DNA of 64,000 nucleotides from an uncultured Actinomycetes bacterium (GCA_963704725.1 OY969934.1:1-64000), one strand, 5' to 3'. Counted from the first letter of the stretch, positions 40,701-50,513 are shown. Made by a program: numbers and translations. Notes: a model not told the origin generated them from the sequence alone.

Positions 40701-42992
40701 ATGAAGCTGAACCCGGAATCCATGGCCAGAGCGAGCAGCCGCCACCCGTGGCGGACGCTCGGGCTCTGGGTGGTGCTGATCGTGGCGATGGGCGCGGTCG
40801 GCTCCCGGCTGCTCTCCGGTGTCCTGAGCGAGGACGCCGAGTTCACGAACAATCCGGAGTCGGCGCGGGCCCAGGCCGTGCTCGACGCGAAGTTCGGCGG
40901 CGCGAGCACGGACACCGAGTACGTCATCGTGCAGTCGGGCTCGCTCACCGTGGACGATCCGCGGTTCGAGGCGGCCGTCGCGAAGGTCCGCGGCGCCGTC
41001 GCCGCCATCGACCACGGCGCTCTCGCGAGCCCTCCGACGACCTACTACGACCTGGCCGACCGTTCGCCGGAGCAGGCCGCGAACCTCGTGTCCGAGGATC
41101 GACGCACCACGCTCGTCCCGGTCGAGCTCGCCGACACCGATGACGCCACGATCGAACGCCTGCGCGAGGCCGCGGCGTCCTCGGGGACCGACGGGTTCAC
41201 GGTGCAGGTCGCCGGCGAAGGGGTCCTCGGCGTCGACATGACGAAGATGGCCGAGGAGGACCTGGCGAGGGGCGAGATGGCCGGCATCGGCGTCGCCCTG
41301 GTCGTGCTGGTCGTCGTGTTCGCGGCCGTCGTGGCCGCGGTCGTCCCGGTCGTCCTGGCCCTGGCCGCCGTCATGGTGGCGCTCGGCCTGGTCGCGCTGA
41401 TCGGTCAGCTCTTCAGCTTCAACCTGTTCGTCGAGAACATGGTGACGATGATCGGTCTGGCGGTCGGCATCGACTACTCGCTGTTCATCGTGTCGCGCTA
41501 CCGCGAGGAGCGGAAGAAGGGGTTCGCCAAGCTCGACGCGATCGGCGCGGCCGGCGCGACGGCCAACCGCGCGGTCTTCTTCAGCGGGCTCACGGTCGTG
41601 CTCGCGCTGCTCGGCATGATGATCATCCCCGTCTCGATCTTCCGCTCGCTCGCCGGCGGCGCGATCCTGGTCACGATCGCCGCGCTCGCCGCGTCGATGA
41701 CCCTGCTCCCCGCGCTGCTCGCCCTCATCGGCGATCGCGTCAACTGGCCGCGCCTCGCCCGGCGCGCCCGCGTGGACTCGAGCCACGACCGCCCCGGCGG
41801 GTTCTGGGACCGCCTGACCCGCGGGGTCATGGCCCGGCCGGTGGTCTTCCTGGTGGCGAGCGTCCTGGTGCTGGGCGGGCTCGGCTCCTTCTACTTCCAG
41901 CTCAACCGGGGCTCGACGGACGGGCTCGCGCAGCTCCCCGACGACCTGCCCTCGAAGCAGGCGTTCGTGACCCTCCAGCGCGAGTTCGGGGGCGACCGGA
42001 CCTCTCCGGCCAGGATCGTTCTCACCGGCGACGTCGCCTCCCCCGACGCGCAGAAGGCGATCGGACGGCTCCAGGCAGGCATCGCCGCCGACCACACGTT
42101 CGCGCCGCAGACCCTGCCGCAGACGAGCGGCGACGGGAGCGCGATCGTCCTCGACGCCTACTTCCGGGGCGACCCCTCCGACGAGGTGACGGTTCGGGGC
42201 ATCCGCGACCTTCGCGAGACCATCGTGCCGACGGCGTTCGACGGCGTGGGCGGCGTCGAGGTCCTGGTGGGAGGCGATCCCGCCATGTGGACCGACTTCC
42301 TCGGCATCACGGACCGCTATCAGGGGATCGTGCTGGTCTTCGTGCTCGGGTTGTCGTTCCTGCTCCTGACCGCCGTCTTCCGCTCGATCGTCGTGCCGAT
42401 CAAGGCGATCGCGATGAACCTGCTCTCGGTCGGCGCCGCGTACGGCGCGCTCGTCCTCGTGTTCCAGAAGGGCGTGGGGGCCGGCGTCTTCGACGCGATC
42501 GGGCTGCAGTTCCACCAGACGGACGCGATCGTGGCCTGGCTGCCGCTCCTGATGTTCTCGGTCCTGTTCGGCCTGTCGATGGACTACCACGTGTTCCTGC
42601 TCACGCGGATCCGCGAGGAGTACGACAAGACGGGCGACAACACGGAGGCGGTGGCGTACGGCCTGCGCACGACGGCGGGGATCATCACCGGCGCGGCGTT
42701 GATCATGGTCGCCGTCTTCACCGGGTTCGCCGCCGGCGGCGTCACGGAGCTCCAGCAGATGGGGTTCGGGCTGGGCGTGGCCATCCTCATGGACGCCACG
42801 ATCGTCCGGACGCTGCTGGTCCCGGCGAGCATGCGGCTGCTCGGCGACTGGAACTGGTACCTGCCGAGATGGCTCCGCTGGCTCCCCACGATCAACGTCG
42901 AGGGACACGAGCCCACGCAGCACGTGCTCGAGCCCCGCATCGAGCCCGTCGTGCTCGGCGACGTCGCGGTGGTCCCGGCCGGCGACCGATGA
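40701..42992 (+). CDS. MMPL family (RND) transporter
   Basis: GLAVGIDYSLFIVSRYREE, FGLSMDYHVFLLTRIREE, DATIVRTLLVPA. Confidence 0.95.
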   Translation: MKLNPESMARASSRHPWRTLGLWVVLIVAMGAVGSRLLSGVLSEDAEFTNNPESARAQAVLDAKFGGASTDTEYVIVQSGSLTVDDPRFEAAVAKVRGAVAAIDHGALASPPTTYYDLADRSPEQAANLVSEDRRTTLVPVELADTDDATIERLREAAASSGTDGFTVQVAGEGVLGVDMTKMAEEDLARGEMAGIGVALVVLVVVFAAVVAAVVPVVLALAAVMVALGLVALIGQLFSFNLFVENMVTMIGLAVGIDYSLFIVSRYREERKKGFAKLDAIGAAGATANRAVFFSGLTVVLALLGMMIIPVSIFRSLAGGAILVTIAALAASMTLLPALLALIGDRVNWPRLARRARVDSSHDRPGGFWDRLTRGVMARPVVFLVASVLVLGGLGSFYFQLNRGSTDGLAQLPDDLPSKQAFVTLQREFGGDRTSPARIVLTGDVASPDAQKAIGRLQAGIAADHTFAPQTLPQTSGDGSAIVLDAYFRGDPSDEVTVRGIRDLRETIVPTAFDGVGGVEVLVGGDPAMWTDFLGITDRYQGIVLVFVLGLSFLLLTAVFRSIVVPIKAIAMNLLSVGAAYGALVLVFQKGVGAGVFDAIGLQFHQTDAIVAWLPLLMFSVLFGLSMDYHVFLLTRIREEYDKTGDNTEAVAYGLRTTAGIITGAALIMVAVFTGFAAGGVTELQQMGFGLGVAILMDATIVRTLLVPASMRLLGDWNWYLPRWLRWLPTINVEGHEPTQHVLEPRIEPVVLGDVAVVPAGDR

Positions 42993-43014
42993 CGCCGTCT
43001 CGCGAGCTCTCCTT

Positions 43015-43042
43015 GGGGAGGGGCCTTCCGGGGCCCCTCCCC
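43015..43042 (+). terminator. Terminator-like hairpin after mmpL
   Basis: GGGGAGGGGCC-TTCCGG-GGCCCCTCCCC, 11-bp perfect stem. Confidence 0.7.
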
Positions 43043-43142
43043 GTTCCGCGTCCACGACGCACGAGAGTGCGGTTATCCCCAGGCAGATCGTGCCGAGCGC
43101 CCCATTCTCGCGGCGGCGCGCCGTGGCTAGGGTGAGGTCATC

Positions 43143-44402
43143 GTGATCCAGACACTCTTCGGTCCGTGGCGTCGAGCCGGCACCTGGTGGGGGCTGGCCT
43201 TCGCCCAGCTCGGGATCGTCCTGTCCACCGTGACCTTCACGTTCGTCATCACGCTCCTGTCCGTGACGGTGGGTCTGCTCATCGTCCTGCCGCTCGCCGT
43301 CCCCTTCGCGTGGCTGCTGTTCTGGCTGTCCGCCGCTCTCGGCCGCCTCGAGCGCTCGCGCGTCCGGGCGCTCCTCGGGATCGAGCTCACCGATCCGCAC
43401 GGGCCTGCGCCGTCGGGATCGTGGTGGTCGAAGCTCAAGGCCCGTGCCGGCAGCGGGAGTCGGTGGCGGGAGATCGGCTACCACCTGGCGAGCCTTCCCG
43501 TCTCGGCGGTCGGCGTGGTCGTCACCACCGGGGCCTGGTGCGGGTCCGCGGCGCTCCTGTTCCTCCCGGCCTACCTCGGCGCGCTGCCCCACGACACGGC
43601 GCGGTTCGGGCTGTTCGACCTGACCTGGGGACCGGAGGTCGCGCTCGCGGCGGTGGTGGGGCTCGTGGGGCTCGCGCTGCTCGCGCCCTGGGCCACGGTC
43701 GCGACGGCGACCGTGGAGGGTGCGATGGCCCGCCGGCTGCTCGGCCCGCCGCGCCGCGAGGAGCTCTCGCGCCAGGTCGAGCACCTCGAGGCGAGCCGGA
43801 CGGCGGCGGTCGACAGCGCCGAGGCGGAGCGGCGGCGCATCGAGCGCGACCTCCACGACGGCGCGCAGCAGCGCCTGGTCTCCCTGGCCATGGACCTCGG
43901 GCAGGCCACCGAGCGGTTCGACACCGACCTGGACACGGCCAAGGAGCTGGTCGTCGAGGCGCACCAGGAAGCCAAGGCCGCCCTGACCGATCTCCGGGAC
44001 CTGGTCCGGGGGTTCCACCCGGCGATCCTGGAGGATCGCGGGCTCGACGCCGCGCTCTCGGCGGTGGTCGCACGCTCGCCGGTCCCGGTCACGCTGAACG
44101 TGGACGTCGCCGAGCGCCCGCCCTCGATCATCGAGAGCACGGCCTACTTCATCGTCTCGGAGGCCCTGACGAACGTCGCCAAGCACGCCAAGGCGACGAG
44201 GGTCGCCGTCGCCATCGCCCGGCGCAACGATCGCCTCGTCGTGGAGGTCACCGACGACGGCGTCGGCGGCGCGGACCCGGCGACGGGAACCGGGCTCCGG
44301 GGTCTCGTCGAACGGGTGTCCGCCGTCGACGGTTGGATGCAGGTCCTGAGCCCGACCGGTGGGCCGACCACGATCCTGGTGGAGATGCCGTGCGGATCGT
44401 GA
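43143..44402 (+). CDS. Sensor histidine kinase (actinobacterial sensor domain + HisKA_3)
   Basis: ERRRIERDLHDGAQQRL, EALTNVAKH, DDGVGGA...GTGLRGL. Confidence 0.93.
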   Translation: MIQTLFGPWRRAGTWWGLAFAQLGIVLSTVTFTFVITLLSVTVGLLIVLPLAVPFAWLLFWLSAALGRLERSRVRALLGIELTDPHGPAPSGSWWSKLKARAGSGSRWREIGYHLASLPVSAVGVVVTTGAWCGSAALLFLPAYLGALPHDTARFGLFDLTWGPEVALAAVVGLVGLALLAPWATVATATVEGAMARRLLGPPRREELSRQVEHLEASRTAAVDSAEAERRRIERDLHDGAQQRLVSLAMDLGQATERFDTDLDTAKELVVEAHQEAKAALTDLRDLVRGFHPAILEDRGLDAALSAVVARSPVPVTLNVDVAERPPSIIESTAYFIVSEALTNVAKHAKATRVAVAIARRNDRLVVEVTDDGVGGADPATGTGLRGLVERVSAVDGWMQVLSPTGGPTTILVEMPCGS

Positions 44403-45034
44403 TCGCGGAGGACTCGGTGCTGCTGCGCGCCGGGCTGACCCGGCTGCTCACCGACGCCGGCGAGGACGTCGTCGCCGCGGTCGGCGACGGGGAGGCCCTG
44501 ATCGAGACGGTCGAGCGTCACCGGCCGGACCTCACGGTCGTCGACGTGCGGATGCCGCCCACGTTCACGGACGAGGGGCTGCGCGCCGCGATCCAGATCC
44601 GGGAGCGGTGGCCGGAGGTCGGCGTGCTCGTGCTCTCGCAGTACGTCGAGGAGCGGTACGCGGCCGACCTGCTGGCGAACACGACGCGCGGCATCGGCTA
44701 CCTCCTGAAGGACCGGGTGGCCGACGTGTCCGAGTTCGTCGCCGCCGTCCGCCGGGTCGGCGAGGGCGGGACGGCGCTCGACCCCGAGGTGGTCTCGCAG
44801 ATCCTGGCCCGGAGCCGGCACCGGGACCCGCTCGATCGGCTCACCCCGCGCGAGCGCGAGGTGCTCGGCCTCATGGCCGAGGGCCGCTCGAACGCCGCGG
44901 TGGCCGAGCAGCTGTTCCTCAGCGCCAGCGCCGTGGAGAAGCACGTGAGCAGCATCTTCGCCAAGCTCGACCTCCCCCCGACCGAGCAGGACCATCGTCG
45001 GGTGCTGGCGGTCCTCAGATGGTTGGGAGAGTGA
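44390..45034 (+). CDS. NarL/LuxR-family response regulator
   Basis: VIAEDSVLLR, DVRMPP, YLLKDRV, LTPREREVLGLMAEGRSN. Confidence 0.93.
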   Translation: MRIVIAEDSVLLRAGLTRLLTDAGEDVVAAVGDGEALIETVERHRPDLTVVDVRMPPTFTDEGLRAAIQIRERWPEVGVLVLSQYVEERYAADLLANTTRGIGYLLKDRVADVSEFVAAVRRVGEGGTALDPEVVSQILARSRHRDPLDRLTPREREVLGLMAEGRSNAAVAEQLFLSASAVEKHVSSIFAKLDLPPTEQDHRRVLAVLRWLGE

Positions 45035-45843
45035 GCGCCATGATCGAGACGCAGGGTCCGACGCGAGCCGGCGGCAGAACTGCCTGGCGGATCGCCGGGA
45101 GCGTCCTCGCCGTCCTCATGCTGGCGTTCGGGACGGCCAACGCCGTCGGCGCGCTCGCCCACGACACCACGCGGGTCCATCGCGTCGTCACCGACGCGGT
45201 GAAGCTCGTCGACGTGGACACCCCTACGGGCGGCTCGATCCGGGTCGTGGGCCGGGACGCCGCCGGCCCGGTGACCATCGACATGACGGTGAGCCGCGGC
45301 CTGGAGACGCCGTCGCACTCCGAGACGGTCGAGGGCGACCGCCTCGTCGTGCGGAGCCGATGCCTGTGGGTCGTGTCCGCTTTCTGCCAGGTCGACTACG
45401 TCATCCGGATCCCCACGGGCGTGTCGGTGATCGCGCGCAGCGACGGCGGCGACGTCTCGGTGTCCAACGTCCACGGCACCCTCGATCTCGGTTCCGACGG
45501 CGGCAAGGTCTCGGTGCTCGGCGGCGAGTCGCAGCGGGTCCGGCTCGAGTCGGACGGCGGCGACGTCACGGCGACCGAGCTCTCCGCCTCCTCGATCGAG
45601 GCGTCGTCCGACGGCGGGAGCGTGCTCCTCGCGCTCGAGACGTCGCCGACGTCCGTCGACGCCTCGTCGGACGGCGGCGACGTCGAGATCGTCCTGCCCG
45701 ACACGCTCGACACGTACCGGGTCGACGTGTCGTCGGACGGCGGCGGGACCGAGTCCGCGGTCCGGACCGACCCCACGAGCGACCGGGTCATCACCGCGAG
45801 CTCGGACGGCGGCGACGTGACCGTCCGATACAGCCCCGCCTGA
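45031..45843 (+). CDS. DUF4097 beta-strand-repeat (adhesin-like) exported protein
   Basis: N-terminal TM, then repeated SDGG motifs. GTGA overlap with the regulator; alternative start ATG 45040. Confidence 0.8.
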   Translation: MSAMIETQGPTRAGGRTAWRIAGSVLAVLMLAFGTANAVGALAHDTTRVHRVVTDAVKLVDVDTPTGGSIRVVGRDAAGPVTIDMTVSRGLETPSHSETVEGDRLVVRSRCLWVVSAFCQVDYVIRIPTGVSVIARSDGGDVSVSNVHGTLDLGSDGGKVSVLGGESQRVRLESDGGDVTATELSASSIEASSDGGSVLLALETSPTSVDASSDGGDVEIVLPDTLDTYRVDVSSDGGGTESAVRTDPTSDRVITASSDGGDVTVRYSPA

Positions 45844-45891
45844 CGCTCGAGCTCGACGATGTCGCTCGGGGTCTCGACGTGCGTGCGTTCG

Positions 45892-46644
45892 ATGCCGTTG
45901 AATCCCGTCATGCTGGATCGGGCGGTCGCCAACTGCGCGGGCGCGTACCGGACGTGGGCCGAGCGCCTCGGGAAGCCGACGCGGATCTGGGAGGACCTCT
46001 CGTGCGGGGACCTCGGGCTCTCGGTCAACCTGCCGCCGAACAACGCGACCCTCCTGCGGGAGCCCACGAAGGGCGGGGTCGACGGCGTGCTCGAGCGTGC
46101 GGCGGACTTCTTCTCCGACCGTCCGGGGGGCGGCTACGAGGTCTGGAGCCTGTGGCCGCTCCCGGACGAGCCACCGCCCGGAACGCAGGTCTGGACGTGT
46201 CCGTGCATGATCCGGGAAGCGGCAGGCACCGGGCGTCCGCCTCCCGTCGAGCTCGAGATCGTCGAGGCGAGCGACGGGCCGAGCGTTCGGGAGGCCGAGG
46301 CGCTCATCGATGAGGTCTACGGAGCCGAAGCTCCCATCGGATCGCTGCTGACGGTCGCGTGCCTCGGCGAGGACTTGCGGGTGTGGGTCGGCCGGGTCGA
46401 CGGCAGACCCGTGACCACCGCGACCGCCTACGTCGCCGACGGCTTCGTCGGCATCTACGCGGTGGCCACGTCCGACGAAGCTCGCGGACGAGGGTACGGC
46501 GAGGCCGTGACGTGGGCGGCCACCCTGTGCCGACCGGACCTACCGGCGACGCTGCAGGCGAGCCCGATGGGGCGGCCGATCTACGAACGGATGGGATACC
46601 GGACCGTGGCCGAGTTCACCGTCTGGGACCGCGACCGCGCCTAG
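45892..46644 (+). CDS. GNAT family N-acetyltransferase
   Basis: IYAVATSDEARGRGYG motif A, LQASPMGRPIYERMGY; start uncertain. Confidence 0.87.
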   Translation: MPLNPVMLDRAVANCAGAYRTWAERLGKPTRIWEDLSCGDLGLSVNLPPNNATLLREPTKGGVDGVLERAADFFSDRPGGGYEVWSLWPLPDEPPPGTQVWTCPCMIREAAGTGRPPPVELEIVEASDGPSVREAEALIDEVYGAEAPIGSLLTVACLGEDLRVWVGRVDGRPVTTATAYVADGFVGIYAVATSDEARGRGYGEAVTWAATLCRPDLPATLQASPMGRPIYERMGYRTVAEFTVWDRDRA

Positions 46645-46767
46645 CCCGCTCGTGCGGGAGCACGGCGGAGATCCGGCGAGCGCGTCGAAACGCCGGAACA
46701 GGAGGTCGCCGCCCACCCTTGCGTCGTGCCGCACCAGTGTTGGTCGCTCGACCTCAACGAGGAGAGC

Positions 46768-47004
46768 TCAGGGAGGCGTTCCGGCCTCCACCCACCGCCG
46801 GAACGTCGCGACCTGGTCCTCGGGCCAGGCGCCGTCGCACGGCATCGAGCCACCCTCGAGGACGCCGAGGATCGAGGCGGCGTTCTCCTTCACCGCCTCG
46901 TACGACCACAGATCGAAGGACTCCAGCATGGACTCCCGGTCCAGCTCTCGGAAGAGCGGCTTGACGTCGCCCTCGTAGCTCACCCCGGTCGATTCCGTCT
47001 GCAT
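46768..47004 (-). CDS. Small hypothetical protein (MPCDGAWP motif)
   Basis: GAGGAG RBS; 78 aa SYEGDVKPLFR...FDLWSYEAVK...SMPCDGAWPEDQVATFRRWVEAG. Confidence 0.7.
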   Translation of the reverse strand: MQTESTGVSYEGDVKPLFRELDRESMLESFDLWSYEAVKENAASILGVLEGGSMPCDGAWPEDQVATFRRWVEAGTPP

Positions 47005-47109
47005 CGCATCTCCTCGGGCATCTTCGCGATCGTGTCCGGTCTTTCCGGCCCGTCCTTCATACCCACAAGGGCGAGTCTGAGGCAAGCCACGGGGAGATCG
47101 CCTGCACGC

Positions 47110-47223
47110 GCCCACCGAGGACGCGCGGACGGCGACTCGGACCTCGCCCGGCCCGACGTCGGGCACCGGCACCTCGATCGTCGCCGCGGATGAACCATCG
47201 CCGGCCAACCCGAACACCTTCAT
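47110..47223 (-). pseudogene. Truncated N-terminus of an MDR/quinone oxidoreductase
   Basis: GGGAGG RBS, then MKVFGL...EVPVPDVGPGEVRVAVRASSV (GroES-like ADH_N start); similarity stops before the usual NPxD. Confidence 0.6.
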
Positions 47224-47256
47224 CGCCGGCCCTCCCAGACTCGTGCATGCTTGTGG

Positions 47257-47271
47257 CTACGGATTCCGTAG
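47257..47271. promoter_or_regulatory. Putative HxlR operator
   Basis: Perfect palindrome CTACGGA-T-TCCGTAG in the divergent intergenic region. Confidence 0.55.
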
Positions 47272-47315
47272 TTCCAACAAGGGTCACAGCCCCGGTCGTA
47301 AGAGTAGGAGCTGTC

Positions 47316-47666
47316 ATGAGCGATCGGGATCCCGCCGTCTTCGACGAGGCGCTCACTCGCGTGTTCGGCGTGCTCGGCAAGCGGTGGACCGGCGTCATCA
47401 TCGGCTCGATGTGCGGCGGGCCGGCCCGGTTCGCCGAGATCGCCCGGGCCGTTCCGGGCATCACCGAGGGGATGCTCTCGACGCGCCTGCGCGAGCTCCA
47501 GCACGTCGGGCTCGTCGAGCGCGAGGTGCTCGAGGGACCGCCGCTCGCCACGGTCTACCGGCTCACCGAACGGGGCCGAGCGCTGGAGCCGGCGCTCCTG
47601 GAGCTCGCGCGGTGGGCCGAGGGCAACCTCGAGCCTCCGAACCGGGCCGCCGCGGGCGGGCAGTGA
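47316..47666 (+). CDS. HxlR-family winged-helix regulator
   Basis: LGKRWT, ITEGMLSTRLRELQ..GLVER, YRLTERGRAL; AGGAG RBS. Confidence 0.9.
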   Translation: MSDRDPAVFDEALTRVFGVLGKRWTGVIIGSMCGGPARFAEIARAVPGITEGMLSTRLRELQHVGLVEREVLEGPPLATVYRLTERGRALEPALLELARWAEGNLEPPNRAAAGGQ

Positions 47667-47784
47667 CGTCGATCCCGGTCTGACTCGCCCGACGGCGCCC
47701 ACCTGCTTCCGCCGCCAGACGAACCGGGATCCGTTCGTCCGTCGGGCGTCGTAGTGTTTCAGGCTCGTCGAAAGGAGCGGGGGC

Positions 47785-48786
47785 GTGGGGGAGTCGATCG
47801 CAGGTCGGGGCACGGCCACGCGTGGGTCCGACGAGTTCGAGATCAGGACCGAGCAGCACCGCTCCGAGCTGACGGCTTACGCCTACCGCATGCTCGGCTC
47901 GGCGTTCGAGGCGGAGGACGCCGTCCAGGAGACCATGCTGCGCGCGTGGCGGAGCTTCGACCGGTTCGAGGGCCGCTCGTCCCTGCGCTCGTGGCTCTAC
48001 ACCATCGCCACCAACGTCTGCCTCGACATGCTGGGCGGCGCGGAGCGCCGGGCCCGGCCCATGGACCTCGCGCCGGCCAGGACGGCGGACACGCCGCTCC
48101 CCGACCCGCTGCCCGAGGCGACCTGGATCCTGCCGGTCCCCGACGACCGCGTGCTGCCGGCCGAGGGCGACCCGGCCGAGGTCATCGAGTCCCGCGAGTC
48201 GATCCGTCTCGCGTTCGTCGCCGCGCTGCAGCACCTCCCGCCGCGGCAGCGCGCCGTGCTGATCCTCCGCGAGGTCTTGCGGTGGAAGGCCAGCGAGGTG
48301 GCCGAGCTGCTCGAGACCTCGGTGGCCTCGGTCAACAGCGCGCTCCAACGGGCGCGCGCGACGCTCGAGAGCGTCGACGCCGAGACCGCCCGTCCGATCG
48401 AACCGGCGGACGAGGCGCAGCGTGCGCTCCTGGAGCGCTACGTCGACGCGTTCGAGCGCTACGACATGGACTCGCTCACCTCGCTGCTCCACGAGGACGC
48501 GACGTGGTCGATGCCGCCGTACGAGCTGTGGCTCCAGACCCACGACGACATCCGCCGGTGGTGCCTCGGTCCGGGCATCGGTTGTCGCGGCTCCCGTCTC
48601 GTGCCGACCACGGCCAACGGATCGCCCGCGTTCGGGCAGTACAAGCCGGGCCCCGACGGCGGGCTCGAGCCGTGGTCGCTCCAGGTCCTCGAGATCTCAC
48701 AGGGCCGGATCGCCGGGATCAGCTTCTTCCTCGACACGCAGAGGCTCTTTCCCCTCTTCGGGCTGCCCCCGCGCCTCGATCCCTGA
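47785..48786 (+). CDS. ECF sigma factor with C-terminal SnoaL-like domain (SigG-like)
   Basis: YRMLGSAFEAEDAVQET, WLYTIATNVCLD, LQHLPPRQRAVLILREVL, MPP, ANGSPAFGQY. Confidence 0.92.
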   Translation: MGESIAGRGTATRGSDEFEIRTEQHRSELTAYAYRMLGSAFEAEDAVQETMLRAWRSFDRFEGRSSLRSWLYTIATNVCLDMLGGAERRARPMDLAPARTADTPLPDPLPEATWILPVPDDRVLPAEGDPAEVIESRESIRLAFVAALQHLPPRQRAVLILREVLRWKASEVAELLETSVASVNSALQRARATLESVDAETARPIEPADEAQRALLERYVDAFERYDMDSLTSLLHEDATWSMPPYELWLQTHDDIRRWCLGPGIGCRGSRLVPTTANGSPAFGQYKPGPDGGLEPWSLQVLEISQGRIAGISFFLDTQRLFPLFGLPPRLDP

Positions 48787-49155
48787 CGACGGGCCGCACG
48801 GCAGCACGTCGTCGAGCCCGGCCAGCGCGAGCAGCTGCTCGAGCTCGCCGCACGCCCGGCGGAACCGGACGCGGCGGCCCAGCCGTCGGGCGATCAGCTG
48901 GATCCGGGCCAGGGTGTCGATCGTCAGGGCGTCCGGATCGGCCAGGCCTTCCACGTCGCAGACCACGAGGTCGGCGTCGCATCGCTCCAGCAGCGCCCGG
49001 GCCCGATCGCACAGCGCCGGGACGTCGGCAGTGACGATCGCCCCGGACAGGATCAGGACGCTCGAACCCGCGCCGGGCGGCGGGCACGGATCGGGGACCG
49101 GAGCACGGGGCGGCTCCCGCCGGAGGACGAGCCGCGGTCGTTCGTTCACCCCCAT
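48697..49155 (-). CDS. STAS-domain protein, convergent with and overlapping sigG-like gene
   Basis: LSGAIVTADVPALC...VVCDVEGL..PDALTIDTLARIQL.ARRLGRRVRF...ELEQLLALAGL; 90-bp antisense overlap. Confidence 0.75.
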   Translation of the reverse strand: MGVNERPRLVLRREPPRAPVPDPCPPPGAGSSVLILSGAIVTADVPALCDRARALLERCDADLVVCDVEGLADPDALTIDTLARIQLIARRLGRRVRFRRACGELEQLLALAGLDDVLPCGPSSGIEARGQPEEGKEPLRVEEEADPGDPAL

Positions 49156-49165
49156 CCGAAAGGAT

Positions 49166-49192
49166 GACCGGCCGGCCGCGCGGAACTCATCG
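49166..49192 (-). promoter_or_regulatory. SigG-type promoter upstream of the STAS gene
   Basis: CGATGA-N18-GTC on the minus strand. Confidence 0.6.
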
Positions 49193-49247
49193 CCCGCTCC
49201 GGGTCGGCTGATCGAGCGCGACCGAGCCGTCGTGACTCGGCGGTAGC

Positions 49248-50435
49248 GTGCAACCCGTGCGACGGATCGGGGTCCAGGAGCGACGCGCCCGGCTCGGGCT
49301 CCACCACCGCCTGGCGCGGCCCGCCGCCGCACCGGAGGGGGTCGCCGCCGGCCTGGTGGGCCTGCACTCGAGCGACCCCACCACGGTCTTCCTCTCCGCT
49401 CGAGCCCGGGTCCGCGAGTTCGTCCCCGCCGCGCTCGAGGACGCCCTGTACGAACGCCGGTCGCTCGTGCGCATGCTCGGGATGCGCCGCACGCTGTTCG
49501 TCGTCCCACGGGACGTCGCGGCCGTGATGGACGCCGCGTGCACGAAGGCGCTCGCGCCGCGAGAGCACGCCCGAACCGTGCGGATGCTCGAAGAGCAGGG
49601 CATCGCCCTCGCCGGCCGCGGTGCGTCGTGGCTCGATCGGGTGGCGGATCGAACCTACTCGGCGCTGTCCGCCCGGGGCGAGGCCACCGCGCGGGAGCTC
49701 ACGAAGGACGTCCCCGAGCTCGGTGCCAAGTTCAGCTTCGGCGAGGGCAAGACGTGGGCCGGGACCGTCGGCGTGTCGACCCGCGTGCTGTTCCTGCTCG
49801 CGACGCAGGGACGGATCGTGCGGGCCCGCCCACTCGGCGGGTGGACCTCGGGGCAGTACCGGTGGGCCACCACGGAGACGTGGCTCGGCGGTCCGCTGCC
49901 CCAGATCGATCACGCCGAGGCGTGCGCCGACCTGCTCGGGCGGTGGCTCCGGGCGTTCGGGCCCGCGACCTCGACGGACATCCGGTGGTGGACGGGATGG
50001 ACGGCCAAGCTCGCCGCGACGACGCTCGAGGCCATCGGCGCCGTCCCGGTCGAGCTCGACGAGGGCGTCGCCTACGTGCTGCCCGACGATCTGGGCGCGG
50101 TGGGCCGGACGGGGCCGTGGGTGGCGCTGCTTCCGGGCCTCGACTCCACGGTCATGGGGTGGAAGGAACGCGACTGGTACCTGGGCGGGCACGCATCGAT
50201 GCTCTTCGACCGCAACGGCAACGCCGGCCCCACGGTGTGGGCGAACGGTCGCGTCGTCGGCGGCTGGATCCAGACCCGCGACGGCGAGATCGCGGTCGAG
50301 CTCCTCGATGAGGTCGACGCTCGCACCCGTGCCCGCATCGATGCCGAGCGCGAACGGCTGCGGGAGTGGCTCGGCGACGTGCGCATCACGCCGCGTTTCC
50401 GAACCCCGCTGGAGCGGATCCTGACCGACCGGTGA
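49248..50435 (+). CDS. AlkZ-family (HTH_42) DNA glycosylase-like protein, HxSD type
   Basis: [53 protein letters not shown]. Confidence 0.88.
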   Translation: MQPVRRIGVQERRARLGLHHRLARPAAAPEGVAAGLVGLHSSDPTTVFLSARARVREFVPAALEDALYERRSLVRMLGMRRTLFVVPRDVAAVMDAACTKALAPREHARTVRMLEEQGIALAGRGASWLDRVADRTYSALSARGEATARELTKDVPELGAKFSFGEGKTWAGTVGVSTRVLFLLATQGRIVRARPLGGWTSGQYRWATTETWLGGPLPQIDHAEACADLLGRWLRAFGPATSTDIRWWTGWTAKLAATTLEAIGAVPVELDEGVAYVLPDDLGAVGRTGPWVALLPGLDSTVMGWKERDWYLGGHASMLFDRNGNAGPTVWANGRVVGGWIQTRDGEIAVELLDEVDARTRARIDAERERLREWLGDVRITPRFRTPLERILTDR

Positions 50436-50513
50436 CGCGAGAGCACCGATGCATCCCCGCGTCCTCGCGCCGTCGCCGGGCGATCCGAGGGCGACCCCCT
50501 ACCATGGGCCTCG

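Noticed and set aside
39468-44186. 1,572-aa minus-strand ORF, and similar long shadow ORFs such as 16956-20090 and 17914-20661
   Set aside because: Antisense or off-frame shadows of real high-GC genes; Arg/Pro/Gly-rich with no motifs.
45440-45820. Repeated TCGGACGGCGGC motif
   Set aside because: Encodes the SDGG turns of a DUF4097-like beta-solenoid.
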